DNA of 63,768 bases, the filler included, from Choristocarpus tenellus KU-1152 (Eukaryota > Protista > Phaeophyceae): the NCBI GenBank assembly GCA_964200185.2. It is 6 parts of 6 records of this genome, joined end to end, with 100 filler letters (N's around TTAATTAATTAA, not from the genome) between each part and the next. Parts side by side here need not be neighbours in the genome. Positions count along the whole stretch, not along the records: positions 1 to 26,298 come from CAXNAD020000169.1; 5 more parts are not named here. One strand, given 5' to 3'. Position numbers and translations under genes: made by a program. This document shows positions 1 to 12,461 of this stretch, one piece after another. Position 1 is the first letter of the stretch. Every line of letters starts with the position of its first letter. The notes under the pieces were generated by a model, which worked only from the letters and a program-made list of their open reading frames with translations, had not been told where the DNA came from and did not search any database.

Positions 1-37
1 TCCTCATAGTCCCGCTCCTGCCTCAATTTTGAAAATC
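1..37. repeat. End of a dispersed repeat (shared with 26418-26454)
   Basis: tcctcatagtcccgctcc...caattttgaaaatc matches 26418-26454 at 33/37 nt; similarity stops abruptly after gaaaatc in both copies. Confidence 0.7.
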
Positions 38-281
38 AACTGTTAGTTGTGTAATATACACACAAATTCATTGATTATGTTAATGCTGAAATGAGACACC
101 AGAAGTCCGACATTTTCTTTTTTTTTTACTTGAGATTTTGCGATCCGTTTAGAGATGGCATATCTGCTTCCTGTTCTACATCTAGATTCGTTTTAATCAT
201 AATGCATGTATTCCTCTACAATAGATCAAAGCAGCAAGGGATACTTGACAAATAATCAACCAAACATCCCAAATAACACAG

Positions 282-318
282 TCAATCGATTACAATCAAT
301 CGATTACAATCAATGATT
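282..318. repeat. Short 14-bp tandem repeat (tcaatcgattacaa x ~2.5)
   Basis: Two exact copies plus a partial copy, seen directly. Confidence 0.6.
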
Positions 319-942
319 TATTATACGCTTTCTCTACAGATTATATTTTATAGTGCCTACGTTTTTTCGACTATGAATACTTCTGTGTGATGTAACATGA
401 CAACGGCCATAGTAATTATATAGAACTAAGATTAAGATAAGGTTGTATCAGCATATACTAGATATACATATTTTCCAATATACTCGTCAAGTTCAGTGAT
501 TGGCTGGGGCCACACGCTCCAGACCCTCAACCGTGGACAACAATCAATGAGGAAGTCTTGTGAGGGTGTTCTTCGCCGAAAGTTCCACCACCACCACCAA
601 CCACCACCAACCACTACTTCTACTACTACTTAAACTACTATATTGTTCGTTGTCCTTGTATATCCTACTTTGCCGACTAGTTCTTGCGTCAAGTTTTGAA
701 AAGTTGTTGAAGCTCAACTGGTTGTATATTTCATTTATTGTGCAAAGTTGTCTACAATGAAGGAACGGTGTTGTCCTCGTACTACGGAATACTAGACTGG
801 AAAGACCAAGGTGTAGAAAACATTAGACTGCAGACCAGTGCGGATAGGCATTAGACCGAAGCATCACCAATTTTTCTTTCCCATTGTATGGGACAACCGC
901 CTTGGACATATTTTCTTTGTTCATTGATGGAGACGGAATATT

Positions 943-2059
943 ATGGATGACCTAGTTTCCCCTAACTTGCACATCGGAGCATATGGAGGGTCCTTCACAA
1001 GCGTAGATGGTGAGGGGGAGAAATTTTGTTGAAATAGGATAGAGGGCATCTTGCCAAGTACCGAGGGCTACAATTTGAAACTGGGAGAACCACTTGATTA
1101 GGAAGCAGTTAGAACGAAATTGAAATTTCATACTCTAATAATGTCTTCCCCTTTTTGCTAAGACTGCCTCCTTGGACTACCCTCTTCATTTTATAGATCT
1201 ATCAGAGCAAGATCTGCTGCTGGAGTCTCCCCCCTCTATGGGCGAAATCGAGATAGAGCATGCGAATGCTGCAGTACCACCCAAAGGAAGTGGTGGTAGC
1301 CCCAGTGTTCAAGTGACTGGGAGGTCACCACGCCGCGAGTACTCTAGTGGATCTGTGACTCTCAAACGGAAGGGCAGCGCGGACGTGAGTCGGTCTAGCC
1401 ATGCACGCTCTGGTTCCAGCTCCGTGAGTACTTCCCAGTCAGCTTCCAACCGTGTGGGATTGTCTGCTACAGACGAGGATGGGGAGGGGGGGTCGGGAGG
1501 TTGTCCTCTACCCCAAGAGGACCTGTCACTGCGCATAGCCGTGGACGACGAAACTGGACACTCATATTTTGTTCATCGAGCGACAGTATGTGACGCCTGT
1601 TCTTTTTGTGACGACGTTTGCGAGGTGCAGTCATGTAAAGAGTGCGATGAGAAAAGAGCAGACCTTTTTGCTCGTTACGAGCCTCATACCCTACCCCCCC
1701 TGTTGTTGCCTGGAGGCTCGGCGTTTGAGTTAGGACCCTCAGCGCCAAGCAAACGCCGTGCCTTCAAGACTACATACACGCTGTGTGAGCTGCGGCGACG
1801 AAACTTGTCGGGATCGTGCTGGATCGTTTGTAGGGGTTCTGTGTACGATGTAACAGCATTTCTGGGGGATCATCCTGGTGGGAAGCGTTCGGTGCTAAGG
1901 AATGCTGGGGGACGGGACTGCGAGGAAGATTTTTTATTCCATTCCAAACAGGCTCAGAAACAGTGGCGTCAGTATCGCATCGGGATCCTGGTGGCATGCA
2001 GTAAGGACGCGCAGTGCTGCGCTGTTCATGCAGGGCGGACCGAATGCGCCATCAGCTGA
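943..2059 (+). CDS. Cytochrome b5-like haem-binding domain protein with upstream Cys cluster and C-terminal CaaX motif (exons 943-1009, 1197-2059)
   Basis: b5 signature YTLCEL..SCWIVCRGSVYDVTAFLGDHPGG..NAGGRDCEEDFLFHS with both axial His. ATG at 943, donor G|gtgag at 1010 and acceptor ttatag| at 1196 are phase-compatible. Protein ends CAIS*. Confidence 0.85.
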
Positions 2060-3063
2060 GAGTGTGCTGGAATTTTCGTTAGGGTTAGGGATTTCGAGAG
2101 ATTGATAGTGAGCAGTGTGCCTACGGAACAACTTAGACCGATGTGTGATGTGTCCTCATCTCTGGAAGGTGTTCATTGTGGTAGACACGCCTACTCAGCA
2201 TGGGGTGTCCACTTCCCTTGTAAATATTGCTCACACTGGTGACACGTCATTCGATTGAAGCGTTGTTTCTCTTCATTCTCTTTTGCTTGATCTAAGGATG
2301 AGTTTTTTTGGTGAGTTTCAAAAGTGGGAAAGTATCTATTGTGGTTGTTTGCTCATCTCATTTTGTTCTTGGCATTGTTTTATAGGGAACTGCTTGTGTG
2401 TTCATAGATGTAGAGAGCATGGAATGTTTTTAAACTGTTGATGGAAATGTATTAACATTCAAGTTTTTAGTGTGTGTAGAACAATGTTGTTCCATTATCA
2501 TTTATTGAGAAATCCCTTCACTCACACCCTTATCTAGACCTCGTGTTGTGTGAAAGATGTTGCGATACGTCTCTCAACCCTGGTGTGCATACGTTACCAT
2601 GTTTATTTGGAGACAATTTTGGGAGAACTTTCCCAACATTTGATGCAGAGATGAAAGCACGTGAATCTATACTAATTCTACTTGAAAAATGCTCCAATTT
2701 CAACATAAGGAGCTTTTTTAACGGCCCCTCAATTCACTCTGGTACTTCGATTTCTGGTGTACTTACGAATTTTTGTCCAAGCAAGAACTGTTTCTCCCTT
2801 TATCTTTCACAAGACTACTACTGCAAGTGCACCTGGCAACTCTGAGGTTTTGTGAAGTGGGATAACATGGAAACCATCTGGGTGCAAAAAAAAAAAAGGT
2901 TGTAACTTTTATCTCTTAAAAGAGTCCTCTACAAAAGATATGTGCCAATGGACACAAACCACCTGTTCATGTTACCTTTAACAGGTATGGAGGAGGGATT
3001 TTTGTAATATATTCTTTATTTTTATTTTTTATTTTTAATATTATGTACAAAGATGTGCTATGA

Positions 3064-6000
3064 TTATGGCCAAATGTCAAAGAAGATTGGTTGTGAATGC
3101 ATCTCCTGTGCAGCGTTGATGAACACTGTACCACCACTTTTTGCTATCCCATGGCTGTTGTGAACATGTCCGAAGACATGTACCTTGGGTACTACCTCTG
3201 CCACGCGGTCCAGGAGACTGTAGCTTCCCCAATGTGCATAGCTGCGCAAGAGATGAGACAACAACAGTAGTCAACACAGAGCAGGGTAGGCGTAATCTAA
3301 GTCAACCAGAACAAAATATCAATATCTACAGAGTTTGCAGGTAAGATTGTAACTCGACTTTGGGCGATCCTTTTCAGATGCTTCATAGGATGATACTACA
3401 ACACTGATACTGTGATACCAAGACACTTGGAACAGGATTAGGAAAATATGCACGAATGCGAAACTATGTGCCATGACCTCATGGAAAATAGTACATGTTT
3501 CTTTTCTATCTCAGAGGGGTTGCAGGCAAGACAAGATGAGAAGACTAAATTTTTGCCACTTTCCTGTTATGTTGATTTGATAACAATTCATTCTACAATT
3601 AGAAAACCTACCACGTTCTCGAGCACTATGGCCCACTGTTGGGGGGTTACTAATCTTATATCCATCCTTAAAATACAAAACATGTGTAGTGGTGGATTGG
3701 AACACCTCAAGATAAGTGCATGCATTGAGTGAGCGAACAACCTTGAAGTCACCATATCTCTACAACTGGATACTGAAGTACACGATCATATTATTCTCTT
3801 CTTAGGGGGCATCTGGCTTGACACGCATTCACCAACATGAACCTGTAACTCCATATTTCTCTATGAAGCAGGATAGTAAGGCACAAAAATGCTGCAATGC
3901 ATCTACAGATCCCCGTCATATAGTGCCAAGACAAGTGTAGTGCTCTTGCCTGCGATGCACAGCCCCACACTCCCTGCAAGGACCTGCTTCGATAGGCCGA
4001 TCAGGATCAAATGCCAGGTCTCGCATCTTGTAGGGTGGCATGTGAGTCAGGAGAATATCCACCCCAACAGGAATCTTGGCCCACATATCCTTCAGCTTCG
4101 TCCCACGGCGACTGAAACCCTGGACAGCGACATTCCAGCCGGCCAGGGTGGAGTGGGCGAGTAGCAGGCATGAACACTGTGAGTGGGGATATGAACCATT
4201 GAAACCTATCCCATATTTTAACGGGTAAGCATGGATCAAGGCTGCCAATTTAAAAGTGCAGCGTTCCACTGCGCTTCAGAGTGACCCTAGGAGGTAACCA
4301 ATTAACGAGATGCCATAATGGTTGAAGCTGTTGAAGGGTTGGCTGTACTTTCAACGAAGTAATATTTTTCAATAGTGTCAAGAGTACTTGCAGAATAATT
4401 CGCACGTCAATTTTCGAAAGCATTCACACAAAACTGTGGGGGAGAACATCCAGGAGAAAATTTCACACCTGTTCAACTTTTAACCTCTCACCAATATCTA
4501 AGGTATTGTTTGTGGTAGCCAAGGGGAATGATATTCCTGCACCTAGGGGAAGAGTTCATACGTTTGAGGAGTCTGCTGTCACCCTCGAGAGATACTCATA
4601 CCCACACAATACGAGCATTTTCTATGCACCAAGATATAATCAAGGTGAAGAACAAGCGAAGATACTACTTTCGGTACAGAATGGACACAACCCCCCCCCC
4701 TTCAACAGACATTGCCCACCATGTGACAGGAGTTTGTCCATGGAGAGCCATAAAAATTGATGTTCTCCACCACCGCAGCAGAGTCCTCAAGGTATGTGGC
4801 ATTGCTGCACAATAACACCATAAGTGAGGTCAAAAAGAGACAGACATGGAGCTTAGTTCTTGAGAAATGGGTAAGCCTGGTAAAACATCTGGACATACAT
4901 TTTCTTCACAACTAACCACACTGTGGCCAACATGAGTACAATCTCCTCAGCATTGCCAGCACAGGGAAACATGGTGAGGTAAGGTGCAAAGACAAGATTT
5001 CAGGAAGAAATTTCCAAAGTCATCACCAAGAGCTTGCAACGAGTTCGAAATTTGACAATGCCAGGGCTCCTTAGCTTGTGTTCTGGTGGGCTCCCAGTTG
5101 TCCATTTCCTTGAACAATATCAGCCCTATGAGACAAATGCAGTCATGGTACCCCAAACGTAAATGACACAAATCATACATTGCTTTTCACCTTCCCGGCC
5201 GAGAGCCCTTCCTCAAAGCAATTCCCTCAATGCTCTCATCAAATTTTGTATTCATCCTTCACCACTTCAGATTGATAATGCACTAGGAAAATAAGCTGGT
5301 GCAAAACAAAATGACGCGGCAAGCAACCACCACTGAAGACCTCATACATCGAGCAGAACGACAACTTGGGATGAAACAATGTGTGTGTCATTCTTGGGAG
5401 CATACCAAGCAACAAATCCTTGGAAATCTTCCACACCAATCTTTTACCTATCTATAATTTTGTCATTGATACTGAAGTAAAGGCTGCGGACAAGTAATCT
5501 ATTACTCAAACACTTATCCCTGTCCCTACCCACAATATCCCAACCCTTATGCTCGGCACGGAACGGGCAAGGAGTGGGCATATGTGCCAGGAACATGTAT
5601 TGCCGGGTCACCTTAGCCGGCGTTGTATCTGCTCTCTGGTGTAGGAGTTAAAGGCGATCTCGTGGTTGCCCGCAATGACGAGCTGACAGCATATGCCACG
5701 TAAGGGCCGTCGCAAAAGGGAGTGCAAAAATTGTTGTGTTGCATGTTGTGAAACAGAGAGAACTGCATGATACATCTTACAGGATTGAAGTGTGGAGGGG
5801 GAGGGGGGAGAGGGGAGAGGGGGGGAGGGAGGAAGCTAGATGACACGGCCACCATTTTCTCCTCACAAACCTTGTGCTTATGTCCTAATGATCCTAGAAA
5901 TGAATTGAAATCAGCCGTCACACTCTCGAAATCGCGTTTTGTGAGCCTTGTGGAGAAATCCCCACAGTGAACCAGGATATCACCATCTGGAGAAAAGAGA

Positions 6001-6419
6001 ATGGGGAAGGGGGGGGTCAAACAAAAAGTCAACAGGAGGCCTGGTTGGAATGATTACAACAATGGCCTGCTACCTGAAGTACTGAACATACACGTAGGAG
6101 CAAATAGAACTGCCAAGATATTACACAGGGCCTTCCTTGATGAACAAAATATATATTTCCCTAGCAGATTAGGCGAGCCTACAAATATCATTTCATATAT
6201 CAATCTTAGTTGCTGCCACTCACAAAAAGTTCAACCCACAGAGCATATCACGCAGCGCAGACGGCTAATCATACTTGAATCCCTGATCCTATCTCCTGCC
6301 ATCTTTCACACCTGGGATGGTGTGCCTCATCTCATGGTGCTTTCCATGTGTATCCGAAATGCATACGACCCGAACCCTTTTTCTCAATTTGTCATTACGG
6401 CACACAACATCGGGTGCTC
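3064..6419 (-). CDS. Calcineurin-like metallophosphoesterase, MPPED1/2 (239FB)-type; exons 6419-6312, 5986-5871, 5682-5612, 4804-4720, 4119-3950, 3241-3064; further 5' exons likely up to ~7166
   Basis: All five MPP motifs in order: RVVCISDTH, DILVHCGD, LVIAGNHE, DILLTHMPP, HVFGHVH, plus FYGSPW and TVFINAA. Splice phases are consistent (one GC donor at 3949). Confidence 0.92.
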
Positions 6420-7381
6420 CTGTGCACACGAGGAACAAGAACGGGTGTCGATTTGAATAAAAGTCAAGGCATTGCCCGTGCTGGCGAAGAAGGCATCATA
6501 ATATTCATTTATCATACAAAAAAGGAATGAGATGGATCACAGGGCGAAATAGACCGACCAACATTGTTCTGACAAAAACATGAACTCCCGACGGGATAAA
6601 CCCCAACCCTAAAGCCGTACCCCATTTCCAACCCATGCAATATCCATCCTCGGCTGACCAGCCATGTTTGACATTGCATCATCCACAAGCGTTCAAAATC
6701 AAACACACATAAAGAGAACGAGCTTCCACAGGTTATCTTCGAGTGACAATGAGCGGGTAGCCTTCTCATCGAAGTAAGATCTTCAGATATGCCAAGTGTA
6801 CCCCAGAAGAAATTGCTACGATGTGCCACATCGTCGATGCGAACTGTAGTTCTACGATTTTTAAAGACTTCGTACTGCAGTTGGGGTTTGTAAGAATAGA
6901 CTCCACCACGATAGGATTGTAAAGGGGGCACCAATTCATTAATAGAAACAGATCAAGGTCAATAGATCCTTCCACAAGAGATACTCCATGAATACACATA
7001 ATGGGCAACTATTTTTCTCATTCTTAGCTTTCTACTCACTCAGAGCGAATATGGTCGACCCCGCAGTAGTGACCGTCTGGACACCCACTTCCCCATCCGT
7101 GCGACTGTCCTCTCTATCTGTCGAATCGGTTGGTGGGTCACACCTCAGTCCCATCATCACCTGCATTAACCGTTCCAAAAGCTCGTTACCCTCTCCTCGT
7201 AGTTCACAGTAGCGTCATTTGTCACTTGTACTCTGACTGAGGGTGACATTCTAGATGGGTATGGTAATACTTTTTGAACGACAAAAAAAAGATATTTCTA
7301 TTTTTTTGATGTGATATTTTTAGATAACCTCACACCTTTGGTTTCCTCTCAACAACTAGTACTACTCGTGGACAAACAAAC

Positions 7382-8760
7382 ATGTTCAGGACAGCTGTTC
7401 GCACGATTGCACGCCCATGCTTGGGCATTGCCAGCAGAAAAGCGGTTCCGCAGCGTAGATGCTTGAGCGACCTGGTTGCTGTGCTTGATAAGGAGATAAT
7501 GGAGGAGAAGAAGATCGAATCAATGGATGAGGGTGAGCCCCATTTGAATGGTTGCCTCCTAAGCTATGTGTGGTGGGATTTGCTTCGTGAGAGGTATCTA
7601 AAAATGTGGCATGGTATACGCTCTTCTCTGTGCTAACCAGGTTTGAAGAAAGTTTTGGACGAAATGAAGGCCAAAGGAGTATCTGTCAAGGATGAGCCTG
7701 GGAAGTCAGTTGTTCGTCTGCACACCACTGGCTTAGGGGGCGAGAAGGTGATGGTTGAGTTCGACTGCCAGGAAGAAGGAGACGGAGATGAATGGTTGGA
7801 TAATGAGGACGACGATGAGGAAGTGGAGGCAGCCATGGACGCAGCCATGGAGGACGACGAGGATGTGGATGACACAGGTACACTCATCAAAAGCACTACC
7901 GTTGGCAGAAGATTTTCCCTGTTAACAAGAAGCAACAGAAGTCGCTACAGGCATTTGAACAGTCAAATCACAACAATGACCCCAAATTTCTTTGTCGACT
8001 TGCAATTTTCTGCTGGGGTCAGGAGGACTAGGAGCAGGCTATCTTCCGATTGGGCGCACCACTGTTGTAGCCCACTTGGGCATCAGGCCCATACGATTTT
8101 TAAGTGAATACTCCTTGTTCTCTATCGCCCCTTTCACCTGTTTTTTTTTTCTCGTCTTCCTGCTCTACTCTGTCACGACCCCATGCTCTCGCCAACCATT
8201 GTGTTAGTGGAGTGTGTTAACCTTGATATCCGTTCGATGTTCAATGGGTTCGACTTTCCTATGAACAGGATACAATTTCCTTGCAACTATCACAAAGGGT
8301 TCGGATAAGCTAGTATTCACCGGCACAGCTACAAGTTGCATCTCCCTTTCCACTGTGGCATGTTGCCCCCCGGGCATGGACCACAAAGATACTAGCCTGT
8401 ATGAAGGACCAGTCTTTCATGAGCTAGACAGCGAGCTCAAGGTATGCTTCACATTATCGTATTCCAGTAGTATATCTCAATTTTTTCTGTAGATAGTATT
8501 CTACCAGTTCCATAATATGATTGCATTATTTTGTTTTTTGGCACGCTTTAAAAATCACGCACGAGAATATCATTGAAACTTCTTTTCGTGTACGTGTCTG
8601 TTGCCGCATCGGGACACTACAGGAGGGGATACTGGGATACCTTCAGGAGCGAAACATTGACGATAACATGGCTGCTTTCATCTGTATGTACGCTGACCAC
8701 AAGGAACAGTCTGAGTATACGCAGTGGTTGAAGCAGATAAAGCAGTTTGTAACCAAGTAG
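7382..8760 (+). CDS. MAM33: Mitochondrial acidic matrix glycoprotein MAM33/p32 (C1QBP) family; exons 7382-7532, 7641-7877, 8269-8441, 8623-8760
   Basis: Arg-rich presequence MFRTAVRTIARP, acidic loop, and family C-terminus YEGPVFHELDSELKEGILGYLQERNIDDNMAAFICMYADHKEQSEYTQWLKQIKQFV. GT-AG introns are in phase. Confidence 0.9.
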
Positions 8761-11700
8761 GTGTGGCAAGAATAGGAGTGACCGTGGGAGTTGAGTCAGA
8801 TCCGCATGACCTTGTGTATTGCTGTTAAGAACCAGATGCTACACAAATCAGGTTGGCTGTAGGCAATCTCTGGCATTGGTCCATCAGAGTGTGGAGGGAG
8901 TGTGGTCAAGTGTGTACCCCACCCACGTCTTCCTTTACATTAGAGGGGATGGAAATTGCCTGGAGCTCTGCATTCCTTCTGGCCATATGTGTTGTTTTCC
9001 TCAAGTCAAGTTCACTATAGTAATCTTTCCAATTTATTTTTACTCATTATATCAAATATAACACACTCTCGAACACATGAAACTCACTACTACACTTTTA
9101 CTGTTCTGATCAAGAAAACATATGTGATTTGACTGCTTGGTTCTTGGGGGTATACTTTCTGTGGGTGCCAGCTGGAAGCGGGTTCATGCCAGCAAAGTCC
9201 TGGAGCATAAGGTCTCCCTCACTTTGCGCCATGTGTGCTTGGACTCTCCCACTTGAAATATTTCACGTTCTATTTGAGAAGAGCAAGGCAGTAGGACAAA
9301 CTAAATGATATACAAAGGGAGTCATATGGTTATGTTTTCATGCAGTAGGGAATTGCAATCACTGAACACAGCAGTGATCTACTGCTGTGTATGAGAGGCT
9401 ATGTTTGGCATGGAATGCTATGGTAGGCTCCTTATTCTACACAATTATGCTGAGTTTGATCCAATCCCCTCGTTGAGAACAGGGTAAGTGGGGACTGATG
9501 TTTTTGGGAAGGTATTGTGAAAGTATCTGCTGCTTCACACCTTTAGTCAGTACTTCATCGTATGAAATAAGGGATCAGTCTTTGGACTCCTCAAGTGTTC
9601 ATCAAGTTCTCAATTGTAATGCACAGTGTAAAAAAGGAGAGGTTATTAGGCAGACCCGATGAGTGTATGTTGAATTGGTTTAATTTAAGGTACTTACAAG
9701 GGGTTAGGATGACGGTATGAAAAGTATCTCTACTTTCTGGACTCCACTTCCTGTTGTTTCAATGTTCAGGTGGTGTGAATTGTTGAAATTCAATGGAGTT
9801 GATCCATGTTGAGAAGTAATATTATTATCATTAAAAGCAGTTCTGGTTAGTCTATTTTTTCTTCTATTTTGAGTGGCCTCCCCTACAGTAGCAGACACAA
9901 TAGCGATTCCAGGAATATGAGAGTGCTTACAGTGTCTGGAAACTTCAAAGATTTTTTTTTCACATTTATGCTCTCCCACGTGTGGAGTATGACAAGGAAC
10001 ACAAACAGGAAGGTGGATGTCAGATAAAGGAATTAGAGTCTGAGGTTCACTCAGCTCATGGACCACTACACAGAACACAGAGAATTAGCCAAAAATGAAG
10101 TCTAATGGGGTCAAGGGATCTCATTTGGAGCTTCTTTCCGATTTGCTCTATGGAGACATGAGTTCAAGGTGAACGTGCTAAATTGAAATACTGCTGCCTA
10201 TTTTTGAGAGGCGAAAACTTTGCTTGCCCAAAGAGTCGAAATAGCTTTCCAAAATCTTTCCTCACAATGTATGCTCGGAGTTGAACTGGGATGGTAGGGT
10301 GGTGTAGTCACAGTGAGAAAGATCATGCAGCAGTCTTTGTGACAAGGGGAAGTAGATGACTTTCCAAAGACTGCTAGGGTTTGAGGTGAATCACTAGGAG
10401 AGTTGCGGTTTTAATGTCACACTCATGTAGTGGTAGCAGGAAACAGCTTCAGCTCCTTATCGCTTAGCCAAACTTGCCCGCAGTGTTTTGCCTGTTCCCA
10501 CTATGTAGAGAGGCACACTCAGTTGTCAATATGTACAGAGGATTTGTGGTGCACCAAAGAGAAGTAAGCTCGACTCCAATGATTTACAACTTACGAACTT
10601 CCTTATCACCTGACTAAAGGTGGATGCATTGCAGACTGCCAAGGATGACTGAAACCACCTTAACGCTAGAGTCCAGTCGAAGTAGCAGTAATAGTGTGTA
10701 GTTACAATTAGTTTTCCTAGGACTGGGAGGGTTGATGCTGAGAGCAATGTTGGTACTCTGGAGGAGTTTAGAGCCCCACAAATACAGGTAGCTGAATTCA
10801 GGGAGCTGTATTATAGAAACAGATGATCCATCTCTTCGTATTATCACAAAGATTATGATTCAAGCAACTGCACACTAGTGAGTACAAGTAAAAAAATCCC
10901 TTTTTTGGCAGGGCCCATAAACAACTGGGTAATTTTTTGTGCTTCGCAGTGCTTAGGGAATGCTGTTTGCGCATGCTTCAAGTCAATCAAGTACATGTCA
11001 TCAGCTTAATGCTCGGATTTTGAGTATGTTCTATTGATCGGCAACAATACTCCAAAATGTTTCGCTGAAGTCCTGCATATTGGCATACCACTACTCAGTA
11101 CCACCACTTGTACTATATTGCTGTTCCGTAGACTTTGAAGCATTTCGAAAGTTGACAGGGAAGGTATGGGTTGCGTGAAGCACCTATCCCCTCCTTCACA
11201 TATGACCTGCACCTCCATCTTTCCCCTGCTCTTTTTGTGAGTATCCTTTTTGACCATGGGACAGGGCATGTTTGTGTCGGTTCTTCTCCATGACAACATC
11301 TGCCAAATGCTTATTCATCATTGTGTTTTAGATCGATCTAGTGCATGCGATACAATCAGTCAATGCTCTGTGGTGTGTACTCAGTCACACACTGATGCAG
11401 GGCATGCCTTTCAAGTAAATATTATTTTGACCAAATTTTCATGTGCTCGGACTTACGTAATCCATTATCACTTGCGGGATACACGTACTTCCAACCCTCG
11501 CCTGGAGTCAAGGGCTTGATTAATGTTTACTGTTTTCTTTGTAATATTTGTATGTTGTGTATCGTTAAGTACTTCACACCATTTCATGCCAGATATTTTT
11601 GGGTTTGGTTATTTTGTATCAATCCTCTTCGACCCTCACACAATAGTTAGCTGTACCTATCTTTGCCAGTCTTAGCTTCGAATGGATATTCTGTTTCAGG

Positions 11701-12461
11701 ACACGTAAACAATGGATGTGGTTTTATGTGCTACCATCCTTTCTATTTTGTACTTGAGTCTCATTTCTATTACTGTCTCAAATCTCAAGCGGAGGACTGT
11801 AGTATATTCAAACTTGTGTAAAAACCATTGGAAGATCCTCACACTACAGCTATTGAATAAAAGCTCTTGGGATAGAAATAGATTTTGGCGATCTTGACAA
11901 CACAACTACTTGTGGCGTAAACTGGGTGTAAACTTCTTTCAATGAAGGATGTGAAATGCTGCTATCCTGTTGCCCCCACAGTAGTCCCTCTGAGAAAATA
12001 TAGGGTGTTGCATTTGAAATGCCAGTAGAGCATATGCCATAGAAGCAAGCATACTACATATACATCTCCCCTTGCATACTTTCTCCTTTTAACCTGACTT
12101 GATCTCTTGTCATCAACTCATCACTATTTATACCATATATTAAAATCATTACTGACCGATACATTTCACCTCTCTCCATACACACTAATAAAAAGGACCA
12201 CAAACACTTGAAAGTGTAAGAAAAAACCCCACAGTGTCCTGTAGATCATGGTTATGTACTTTGGAAGTATGTATCACTGCTCTCTCTCTTTCCTGCCAGA
12301 AAACAAATGCACCATAGGCTGAACAGGGCAGATACAAAAGAATTGCCAGCCCAAGCAGAGCAGATGCATACATAGCACACGTCAAGAGTCATTATGCAAG
12401 TCTATTAACGTAATACAAAGTACCAACTTCTCCTTCTCCCTCTTGCCAAATTTAGGCAAGG

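Noticed and set aside
9100-12400. Short ORFs in the MAM33 to plastid-protein intergenic region
   Set aside because: No recognisable motifs or consistent splice signals; possibly very old TE debris but unsupported
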